A stretch of DNA of 62,734 nt, filler included, from Dugesia japonica (taxonomy: Eukaryota): the NCBI GenBank assembly GCA_001938525.1. It is 5 parts of 5 records of this genome, joined end to end, with 100 filler letters (N's around TTAATTAATTAA, not from the genome) between each part and the next. Parts side by side here need not be neighbours in the genome. Positions count along the whole stretch, not along the records: positions 23,554 to 35,531 come from MQRL01497751.1; positions 35,632 to 53,822 come from MQRL01625516.1; 3 more parts are not named here. One strand, given 5' to 3'. This document shows positions 26,107-36,457 of the stretch, piece after piece. Under the pieces are notes generated by a model. The model was not told the DNA's origin. It was given only the letters and a program-made list of their open reading frames with translations, and did no database searches. Numbering within the stretch: the first letter of the stretch is position 1; each line of letters starts with the position of its first letter. Both the position numbers and the translations under genes were made by a program.

Positions 26107-27364
26107 CTTACCCATAGTTTTTTTAATGTTGAATAAACCACACTCATTGAATTTCTGTGGTTGTTTTTTTATACGCGTTGAAATTAAGGGGAAACTTGAA
26201 CCCAAACCAAAGAAATTCGAGCAAGCACTCAAACTACGGGTTATGAGTCACTGGCTCCATCCCGAAAGTCTACCAAATGGATGTTAGATTAAGTTCTTAG
26301 CTGGGTTACACTGAGGACTGTCCCCCAGTTACAAATTAAAATCACCCAACTCAGATGGGACTTCAACAATATAAAAATTTTATTTTTTGTTGTTTACTTT
26401 GATCAGTATAAATAGTACTATTAAATAATATAAGCGGTAATCAAAGTGAGTATCATACAAAATATAAAAATGAACAAAACCGAAGAGAAACGTCCAAGCA
26501 CTCAGGTCAGTAAAAGAATCACTAACACACTCCATCTCTAAAATATTGACATGTGATACCAGATTAGATTTCCTTTAAAAAAGTCACTTGGACATCCAAC
26601 ATAATCAATTCAGGAAATCATATTGTTTCAAAAATTAAAATACAATTATCTGATTAACTGGCTTTAATAATTACTTTTAAAATGTTTTTAATCTAACTCT
26701 AAATACGAACAGAAAGATCGCTATTGTAATGACCAGAAACCCAAAAATTTCAGCTAATTTCTACAAAAAGTAACAAATCACAGCGAAATATTTTAAATTT
26801 AAAAAGATTATTTGGAATAAATATTCTTGTAGAGTAGTTTTATTTTTGATATTTATTTTACACAATTTTGTAATTGTATTTTTTCAAATTAAAATTTTGT
26901 AAAAATACAATCCAAAATAGACTAAACATCATATAACTAGAAACAAATAATATAGAAACATCTCTCTACAAAGTCGTTTATTCGTGAAGGGTTATTAAAT
27001 AGAATCTTTTTTTTATTATTCTTTTTTACGATAGTGCAACTGATTAAACTTTAAAAAGTTATCTGTAAATCTTTTTAAAAATGATTCATTATATTAGAAA
27101 AAAGTCATATTATAATAGATAATTTTTTTTGGTTGATGGATGTCATTAAATTCAATATCCACTATACGCTATAAAAAATTCGTATTTTATGATTTAAAAT
27201 TCACCATCCTTTATTTATACCACTTATAGTTGCCAAATAAAAATTATAAAAATAAATATAATACTTTTTAAATCAAAATTTGTGTCATAAAATTTCCATG
27301 CTACTTCAACATTTAAGTTTGTTTAAGTTTACTTCGATAAATTTTGAAATATATTTTTATATTG

Positions 27365-28098
27365 ATGGATATATCCATGTTAGTAAACCCGTTGAAAAGA
27401 GTAAATATGATACGTTAAAATATTGTTTAATGTTCAATAGAATATTTTATTAGGTTAAAGATTTTGTCGATTCAGAAATAAAACATAAATATCAGGTATA
27501 TAAATTCTTTACCGTTTTTTTAATAAAATTTTTAATAATCATTTTAAAGAAAGAAAATGAATCATCTTCTAATGATTGCCAGGTAAATTATAATTTTTCA
27601 CATGTCTACTTAAGAATCTGATAGATTATATCGGAAAATATACCTTCAAATCAAATAAACGCAGCGTCTCCTGTTTTACCGCCATCACTACATCCAAAAG
27701 AAAAAATGAAAATTCTGCAGGAGTGGGTAAATAGTATCCCAAGTGATTCACCGTGGGATATATGTGAAAGTAGTTCTCGCAGTAATTCTTTAACAATTAT
27801 GTCAGATGATTATACTAAACAACACGAAGAGAGTGCAAATGTTAGTGACCCAGAAATCTTACCAAATCGTCAATGCAAGAAACTATTTACTTCAACAGAA
27901 ACTCAACAGATTGTTCATTTATTTTACCATCATTTTAAGCAAGGTACACTTCCAACTATAGTAGAAGTTAGACGTCTTATTCAAAGCAGTGCAATCGGAT
28001 TAGTACGTACACCTGAATCAGTTCGTGCTAAAATCAAACGCTTGCATACTACCGGAGATTGGGCTAGCTTCTTGGGCAAGAATTTTTATACGTTATAA
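27365..28098 (+). CDS. Predicted intact 4-exon gene (27365-27400, 27454-27495, 27550-27582, 27625-28098), 194 aa, with a C-terminal Myb/SANT-like helical domain
   Basis: Three phase-0 GT-AG introns of 53, 54 and 42 nt join into one open frame. The C-terminus is KKLFTSTETQQIVHLF...LPTIVEVRRLI...RTPESVRAKIKRL. Confidence 0.6.
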
Positions 28099-29320
28099 TA
28101 AGGAAATTATTTTCTGTTCCAATTGCAATTTTCTTTTTTTTTTAATAAGATTGTAAATAAAAATTGAGTGCTTTTGAATTTGTTGACAATTTTTTTTCTG
28201 TGTTTTGATTGGTTGACGTAATATTGATTTGAAACAGTTTCAATTGAATTTTTAAAATTTGAGCTTCGCTTTAATGTTAGTGAGTTCATTAAAGTTGTGA
28301 AAGATTAGATGTTATATTTGAGATTTTTATGAATTGTAAAGTATTGTCGATACTATTTTCCCGTTGTATTATGCAATGTTGTCAAATGTTACATTTTTTA
28401 TGATCCGTAATTTCATATTAAATCGTTTATTGAAAGTATTAACGATATTTTTAAAAAATTATCAATTTCAAACATAGAATACGGCCTTTTAGTCGATTAA
28501 ACTATCTTAAATAAATAATTACTAATTTTCAAATGTGTTACATGATGTTGATTGATTATCTAATGCTTTTCGTTTGAAAAATTGTCAAGCTTTTATCACA
28601 TGAGTTTTTTGAAATGATGTAACAATTTCAGTATTAGTTCTAATCATCTACCAGTTCTAAATTAGTTAACAAGTTAGTCCTTTTATTGAATTAAGAGAAG
28701 TAAAATATTGAAGCGTTACTTTTTCTCATTTAAAGTATATGTGGAATAATATTTTTAGAAATTTAATGCCCAATACAAATAGTATTTGGTTTGATGTAGA
28801 CAATCAACGGAATTAATCAGCAAATGCCAACCCAAACGGCCGTATGTACTAGTGTATCGAGGAGGTAATGAACCTATCCCACCTTGAAGAATTACATTAT
28901 CCACATATAATTGAAATTTATATGCTTAATATTAATGTAGATAATAAGTTGATAATGAATTTTTTGTTTCATGGATTGACCAGATATTTGTTAAACCATG
29001 TTTATTTAACGCCGAATTAAATAAAACTATAATGTTTAATTATTGTTGATCATGTGAAGAAAATATCCACTTAAAATTCATGCTTCCTATCTTGGCTGTG
29101 TTTGAAAATTGAAATCCTAAAAAATGTATTGAATTTTATTCTGGTTTTGTAGAAAATACTTATTTTCCTAATGAATTCGAATTAAATGTTTACTAAATGC
29201 TTGGATTCTCGATCAATTTATTAATGTATTGAAATGTTGTGACATGATAATTATTATCTAGGTATAAACTTTATGAAAATTATATTTTAATGAAAGGTTA
29301 AGATGAAATTAAATACTTAT

Positions 29321-29358
29321 GAGTTCCTGAAGAAGACTATTGTCGAAAATTTGAACTT
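29321..29358 (+). ncRNA. Minimal type I hammerhead ribozyme motif (Penelope-like element type)
   Basis: GAGTTC-CTGAAGA-A-GAC(TATT)GTC-GAAA-AT-TT-GAACTT: stem I, the core boxes, stem II and a palindromic vestigial stem III are present. Confidence 0.6.
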
Positions 29359-30733
29359 TTTTTACAAATAAATTTTGTTTTGTTTTGATCGAAGCCTTAT
29401 CTTATTTTAATGAAAACTTATGAGTTGTTTAACAAATAATATTACTAAAATCTTTTCGCAGTTGTAATAATCGCTTTAACTTAACATGTTTCTGTTTGCA
29501 ATGCCGTTCATATTAAATTTTTTTTTAAAGATTTCAGTACTACTAACTATTTAAAAAAATTGAAATATGGATATATGGTTTTAATTTAAAAATTTGCAAT
29601 GTTTTCTGATAATAATTTGCCTAGATTGCCCTGTAACAATTTCTCTCGATTGTCGTAATAGTGAGGTAGAATATCGATTTAAATTATGATTTTATTTAGA
29701 GAATGATAGAAAAATGAACTTTTGAATCAAGTTTAGTATTTATTATAAAAAAAACATTGATTTGANACTTAAATTANACTTATTAAATGTGAAATGCCTT
29801 CATTAAGCTTGGAACACCGGGTAACCGCTCGGGGCGTCAAAACTTATTTGTAAAATTAATTTAACGTTTGTTTTTTGCAACTTTTTTCTTAATTAATGTT
29901 ATTATCAAATCAGTTATGACATAAAATTTTTTGTATTTTTGATAATTAAGTTTTACATTATATTATTTTAAATTTAAGAAATACTAATATTTTCTGTTGA
30001 AACTTTTTTTTAATGGACAACGGTCAGGGCTTCACTATTGTACTTCTTACATTTATTAAAAAAAATGGCGCTTAACGATGGGTTTTTCCGGAGCTCCCGA
30101 AAACCTTAGTTCGGTACTGACAGTCATTAAGAGTACACTCGCGATGTCAAAGTTCATAAAAAAATAATTATAGTCCTAGGAAAAGTCTCAATACTCTTCA
30201 TTCTAGTCTGAATCTATTTGAAAGTAACAATGATGTATCATCCTTATTTAAAGTACCATTATCATATTGTTTGAGTTAATTATTATTTTATTTGTGTTTC
30301 TCAATAATTTTAATTTTTCCCGATTTTATAAAATTAAAAAGCTTGTATCAAAATGTCTTGCAATCGAGAAACTTAACGGACATGCGTAATCCATATTTCC
30401 CGGTAGTTCTTCCAAATTCTCCTCCATAGCAGTTTTGGGACAAGTAAGTGATAAGATAAAGATTTGTTTTTGCACAACACAAAAATGTTGGAGTTCCACC
30501 TGAGTTGGTGTTAGAAAAAATAGTGTCTGGGGAAAAACAGCCCTCAGAGGACCCTTTCAAGAATTTATCTAATGTCCCTAATTAGATTTTCAGTATAGAG
30601 CGGTTGACTTCCATCATTTATTTGAAGTACATACTCATATGCCTTTAGTTTCGGGTTCCTTATTTTCCCTATAATTTAATTTATTAACAACAAATTAATA
30701 GTGTATGAGAACTAAAATTTTATTTCCAATTGA

Positions 30734-31095
30734 TTACATAAAATCCAGAGCACCCGGGTCAAACCACTGGGTTGGCTCTTCAGGGATGAAGCCAAAAGCC
30801 GCTTCATCATCCTCGCTGTTCNNNNNNNNNNNNNNNNNNNNNNNNNNNNNNNNNNNNNNNNNNNNNNNNNNNNNNNNNNNNAACTCGATTTTGTGCTGGA
30901 GTACTTGTTTTGTCTGTTCGGCCAAGTCGTCATGCTTTTTGACTATGATGTCAAACTTCTTAATTAACTAGTTGCGCTGGGCAAGGTGTCGTAGGAGCGC
31001 GCGTTCATTTTGTCTCTTGATATGGCACTCAAGTAATCATTTTTGAATAAGGCGGTGGCAGCGACGTAAACTGGTAGGAAGTCTGATTCTTGGCA
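30734..31095 (-). pseudogene. ORF3, copy C
   Basis: Starts at TTTGTAG|TG and reads PRIRLPTSLRRCHRLI...NERALLRHLAQRN*LIKK...QWFDPGALDFM. Confidence 0.7.
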
Positions 31096-31243
31096 CTACA
31101 AATGAAATAATTAAACTGAAATTACACTATAATGTAAAAGTAAATCGAAATTCATATTTTTCCTTACGATAAAAGAAAAGAATAAAAGAAAACCAATGAT
31201 CAAAATTATAAATGACTATTTTATTTGTACAAGACATAACATC

Positions 31244-31606
31244 TTAAGGTCGTGTAGTTTGTGTTGGTTTATCCACCATGAGAGACTCAAGGGGCATGCG
31301 TTCCCGAAGTTTGATTATATCGGTCACCAGTTTATTCTCACGGTCATGCAGGGACCGGATGATCTCCGCGAAAGATTCTACTTGTTGTTTCCACAAGCGC
31401 TCTTGTGGGTGCGAGGCCTCGGCCTCTTTTCGGAACGCCTTATATTATATTAGCTTTATATTTCTTTACCTTATTTTCTGTGATTGCAGTGTTGGCCTCC
31501 CAACGGCGCTTAGTGAGACGGTATAGGTCCCACGTCATCTCCACCTCCTCACTTGTTTCTCGCACTTTTTTAGTGGGAACCACATAACGATTTAGGGAAG
31601 AATGCA
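31244..31606 (-). pseudogene. ORF2, copy C; ends DKPTQTTRP; small frameshift near 31445
   Basis: Starts at TTTTCCAG|TG and reads HSSLNR...TWDLYRLTKRRWEA...EAEASH..ERLWKQQVESF...DRENKLV...MPLE. Confidence 0.72.
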
Positions 31607-31823
31607 CTGGAAAAGAAATGTATTTAAAATATTATATGTAAACAATGAGGAGATAAATAATTAGTCGATTTCATTGAAGTTGCAACCACATCATAATTAA
31701 TTACTTCGGGCTTGGTAAACCGTTAAATTATGATGATTAAGATCGAGAGTTAACAAAAAATGCTTAAATAAAGACTAAAATAATTTATTAACACTAAAAG
31801 TGGTCATCAAGAGATACGAATTG

Positions 31824-32252
31824 TTATATAGTCTCGTCATTAGCATCAAAAACCACATTTTTTGTGCAACCACCATTCTCAGGATTTCGGATCTCCCAAA
31901 GTGTATTATTTACAAACTCACCCAATCTGAAGAAATGTGGTAGACGGGCAGTTGAAACTGGAATCACCGAAGGGCCTTCCCGCCACTCACTGGTGGTACG
32001 AAGCTCTTCACTGTTAAACAGAGGAAAAGCCGTGGTGGAATGATATACTCCTCGATCTCGATTGGAGCCGTTCCATTCATAAAAAGCATGACACTCGGTG
32101 GCGTCCCATTGTCGCTCGTTCTCGGCCTCTTTTGTAGGCAGATTAGAACAGTCTACCAACACCCCAGCGTCTCGGTTATAGGGGTTCTTATATCGTTTGA
32201 ATATTAATCTTCCGGTACGCCGGTCTAAAAGCATTTCCCACTTATGTTCCAT
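31824..32252 (-). CDS. ORF1, copy C: intact 142-aa orphan protein
   Basis: Open ATG-to-stop frame with an acceptor (TTTTCTTTTAG) 7 nt upstream; homologues in copies A and B. Confidence 0.72.
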   Translation of the reverse strand: MEHKWEMLLDRRTGRLIFKRYKNPYNRDAGVLVDCSNLPTKEAENERQWDATECHAFYEWNGSNRDRGVYHSTTAFPLFNSEELRTTSEWREGPSVIPVSTARLPHFFRLGEFVNNTLWEIRNPENGGCTKNVVFDANDETI

Positions 32253-32574
32253 TTTTTTCCTAAAAGAAAATTACTAAGTCGAAATGAGTTAATCATTGAT
32301 TTGACGACAATTTTAGCGATAAAAGTTAATAAAAAGAGAAATGAAGTACAAATATGAGATTATTTATTTTACAGTGAAACAAAAGCGAAACACCAAAAAG
32401 TAGTCATGGTTCCTCGCCCAAGTCAACTTCCCAGGAAAGTGAATATAATTCCTTGAAGCACTGGAGATCTAACTCGTGCGGGGAGAGGACGACATTGGGG
32501 TAGAGTAAATGGCCGATTAATTTCTTACGCCGTGTCCGTTTTCTCTCCCGTCGAATGTAGTTCAACGTATCTTT

Positions 32575-34151
32575 CAAAAGAAATTTCTTCTATTGCAGTA
32601 AATTCTAACCGATTAATACCATGATCTTCATTTTTGATTCCACGATTGAATTCATTATTTTCTTTTTTTCTGTAATAACTCACATATACCAAGCAATGGG
32701 TGCACTAATAGATCGCCGAATATAAAGAAAAGAATATATAAAGAAAATTATGAGGGTTCAACAAAATCCAAACCTTATGCAATAATTATGGCGACATCCT
32801 TAATGAAAACAATATTAGCCTTAATGACATATTACCCTCAGCCTACAATATGGTACTGGCGTAATGGAATAGATGAGTTCACATTAAGAGCAGTGATTTC
32901 AATAATAGTAATAATAATAGGGGTTCTAGTAGTACTAGTAGGGGTAGGAACGACAATATTAGGGATAACAGCAGTGGTAACAGTCTTCATACCTGTGATA
33001 ATATTAACCACACTAATGTCGATAATAAGATTAATGGCAATGACAACATATACAATAATAATAACTGTAATACTATGAACAATATGAATAGTGGTAATAA
33101 TAATATTTATAATCATAATAATAACAGTAATGAGAATAATAATAAAATTAATGATAATAATGGGAATATTAACAATAGTAACAATAACTATACTAATAAT
33201 AAAAAAATAACATTAATCATAATTTTATTAATAATAAGGAGAATGCTAGTAATAACAATACTAATAATTAATGATAATTATAGAAATATATTTATAATAA
33301 TAATACTGATAAGGATGATATTGATGAGAATCATAGGAATATTCATAATAATGATAATAACGACTCATGTACCTCTGATAATGCTAGTAATGCGAACGTC
33401 GGTAATATAATTGATAGAAACCATGGTATCATTACTAACAATTTTGATCATAATAAAGTCATTACTGGACATTGACAGAATGATATTATGAATAATAGAC
33501 AAGAGTAATATTATGTGCAATGACGTCCATGGTGGTACAGATAGGGTTTATCACAATAGATTGTCGTAATAGCAACACCACTCATGAAAATTAAGCGACT
33601 CGTCATAACACTTAATATTATATTCCTGATAAAATCACTGAAAATGCTAGTAATACTGATATCAGACACTATTTCTGCTAATACTACTGATGATGGTGAA
33701 AAATCGATAGTAGTGGCTAAAACGATAAGGTTGATTATTTTTATCCGTAATTAGATGATAGTGATTATTTTGCTAACAAAAATCCACCGATGACAGTTAA
33801 TTGCTAGTTGACTCACTACATGACATGCATACTCCTCGTTATTAGTGTTGCAGGTGTTTTCATCGTACATGCCCGAATTTGAACTACAATTGGAGTGAGT
33901 AATCTCAGTAAAAAAGAAAAAATTTTTTTTGTCTTCTCTCTCTGTGATGGATTTTTACGGAATTGAACTTGATAATTCATTATCACGTAGCTTTTTGGAT
34001 TTATATTCGGCGATCTATTAGTGCACCCATTGCTTGGTATATGTGAGTTATTACAGAAAAAAAGAAAATAATGAATTCAATCGTGGAATCAAAAATNAAN
34101 ATCATGGTATTAATCGGTTAGAATTTACTGCAATAGAAGAAATTTCTTTTG
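32575..34151. repeat. 152-bp inverted repeat pair (32575-32726 and 34000-34151) enclosing Asn-rich low-complexity DNA
   Basis: The arms are reverse complements apart from two N positions. Confidence 0.9.
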
Positions 34152-35531
34152 GTATAAAACAAACCAGGTCTATTCTACATATGTTTCAGGGTTCTCTCGA
34201 TAACTATACCCGTGTTTCTCGTGAGAAAAGAATTTAACTGCATACTTAGAATTTTGGTTACATGACTATCGGGCCGAACTGGTAATTCCATAAAAAAACA
34301 TTTATAATTTTCGTTTTTCTGCTTATCATATTTTTTAAAATTAACATTTATTTAAAAATGACATAATTTTAACGATAACAGATAATTTAAGAATAACATA
34401 ATTTTTGATTACTGCATGATACATAATGGCAACACAAAATTTACTTGGTAAAATTAATTTTCAGCTTTCTGCAACGGGTAACTTCTTCCTGAAATTCATT
34501 TGATTATATTGATCGCAAGTTTCTCTTGTTTGATTTCCTTTTTTCTTGCTAGCCCAATACTTTTCCACTATAAATCCGAAACAAATGCAGTTAAAAATTT
34601 ATGAAAAATCGTGATCTTACGAATAGTAAGGTGATGGTAGATTAATCAGCTTCTCGTAAAATTTTCTTCCAAAAGAGTATAGCAGTAATATAGTTTGTTA
34701 ACTTAACAAAGTTGAGAAAAGTTTGTGTTTTACTTCTAAATTTCGGGGGGGTTTATATACCATTTGCCTTTGCACCCCAACACAGCCTTCATTGGCGTTC
34801 TATTTTTATTTTTCATTTCTTAAGTTCTATTGGTCCTGATGCCAATTTTCTGATTTTTTCTAAGAATTTTTCGTCTATTATTGATGCCTATTTTTGGAGC
34901 ACCTTGTAATTTTTTATGCCTGTTTTATTTTTCTTTTCTGGACTGCGATTGGTTTAAACCTTTAAAACCTTCTCAAGACCCTCCTATTGATAGTAGAGTT
35001 TCTCCGTTACCAAATCCTATTGCCATGTAACATTTTCTCTTCAGATTTTCTTACTGAAGCCTCTTGCAATTTTCCAGAGCAACGATATCCTTCAAAAACT
35101 CATTATTGTCTAATTTAATTTCTTTCTTGACTAAAATTAATTAATTTTCCCCTGCTAATTAATTACTTTTTCAAAAAAAATTTTCTTGTTTTTTCTTAAT
35201 AAATTAAAATTTTCTTTAATTATTGAAGTTGATCAGGGTTGAATTTATTCTTCTGACATTTTCTTTCTGCCGTTTATCTTTCTTTCTTCTCTTTTTATTA
35301 GTGTAATTATTATAATGTTTAACCAAATGATAATTAGTTCTAATTAGCTTTCTTTATACCCCTCTTTTTCATTACTTTCTGATTTGGCCCCACTGGCCTT
35401 TATGTTCTTTACCACGCGGGTGTTGCACCCCAACAAAAATATCAAAAGACAAATCAAGGACTTTACCAATCTATGATCTCATAAATTAACGAATTTAATA
35501 ATCTTTTCTTCACTTATCGAATAACTATTGT

Positions 35532-35631
35532 NNNNNNNNNNNNNNNNNNNNNNNNNNNNNNNNNNNNNNNNNNNNTTAATTAATTAANNNNNNNNNNNNN
35601 NNNNNNNNNNNNNNNNNNNNNNNNNNNNNNN
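35532..35631. other. Artificial contig spacer
   Basis: N44-TTAATTAATTAA-N44. Confidence 0.95.
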
Positions 35632-36106
35632 TAAATATTTATTATTTTATTTGATATTTTATGTAAATATTTATTATTTTATTATTATGTAATGGATGCA
35701 CACGCCCCCAGATATTTGATATAAATATAGTCAAATTCAGTATTGACACCCCATTTTTTGAAATTTCTTAAAAGCAGTCTAATACTTAAAGTAACATTAT
35801 CTGAGAATAAAATCATAACGCTTGTAATATTATATTTATCAATAAATTCTTTGAAAAGTAATCTTAATTTTATAACGTATAGGTCGACTATATAGTTTAT
35901 TTATAAATATATGGTTTTATATATTAACATTTTAAGGTACAAGGAATTAATTATATTTATATTTATAGGTGAAAATTTCATTGGATTTCTTTTAAAATAC
36001 ATCAAAAGAACTCACGTTAAAATCGTTGATNNNNNNNNNNNNNNNNNNNNNNNNNNNNNNNNNNNNNNNNNNNNNNNNNNTTTAAAATACATCAAAAGAA
36101 CTCACG

Positions 36107-36457
36107 TTAAAATCGTTGATTTGCCTTTGCGAAATCCCAAAGACATCTCAACAATTTAAAGAGTAGTTTTTGATATATCTGTTCTTGGTTATTCACTCTT
36201 TCTTGTAACTGCTTAAGCATGGTCAGTTTATTCCTTAGAGTCTCTGCCTGTTGGACAACTTGCTCTTTCAACTTGATGATCTGCACATCTTTCTGCTTGA
36301 TGCGATCCTGTGTGGTCTACCATGGATCTACATCTGTGACATCCAATCCAAGGGAATCCCATAAAGTAGGCATGCTGTTACATGGGTTTGCATTGAAGAA
36401 GCTCCTCTCGTTTCTTAGTGAATCTCTTGCGATTGTTTCCGTTTTATGACGAGGCAT
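36107..36457 (-). pseudogene. Orphan coiled-coil ORF (117 codons, one internal stop)
   Basis: TAG|ATG start; reads MPRHKTE...QDRIKQKDVQIIKLKEQVVQQAETLRNKLTMLKQLQERVNNQEQ; higher-GC island. Confidence 0.45.

Larger units (their letters stand above)
24960..26368 (+). mobile_element. Copy B (decayed) of the orphan multi-ORF repeat family; ends CTCAGATGGGACTTCAACA
   Basis: ORF1, ORF2 and ORF3 homologues in the same order as copies A and C, plus the shared 3' terminal block. Confidence 0.8.
30486..35435 (-). mobile_element. Copy C: apparently complete 4950-bp element with TGTTG...CAACA termini (solo LTR-like) carrying the ORF cassette
   Basis: Imperfect inverted ends TGTTGGAGTTCCACC and TGTTGGGGTGCAACACC; flanks AAAAA and AAAAT; ORF1-3 and the conserved 3' block. 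The 3' part is well supported, the 5' boundary is inferred. Confidence 0.65.

Noticed and set aside
28440-29200. Possible decayed GPCR-like frame (WDRF) on the minus strand
   Set aside because: Too many stops, and a single short motif is insufficient.
32788-33410. Hydrophobic membrane-protein-like ORFs
   Set aside because: They are alternative frames of AAT-rich low-complexity DNA.
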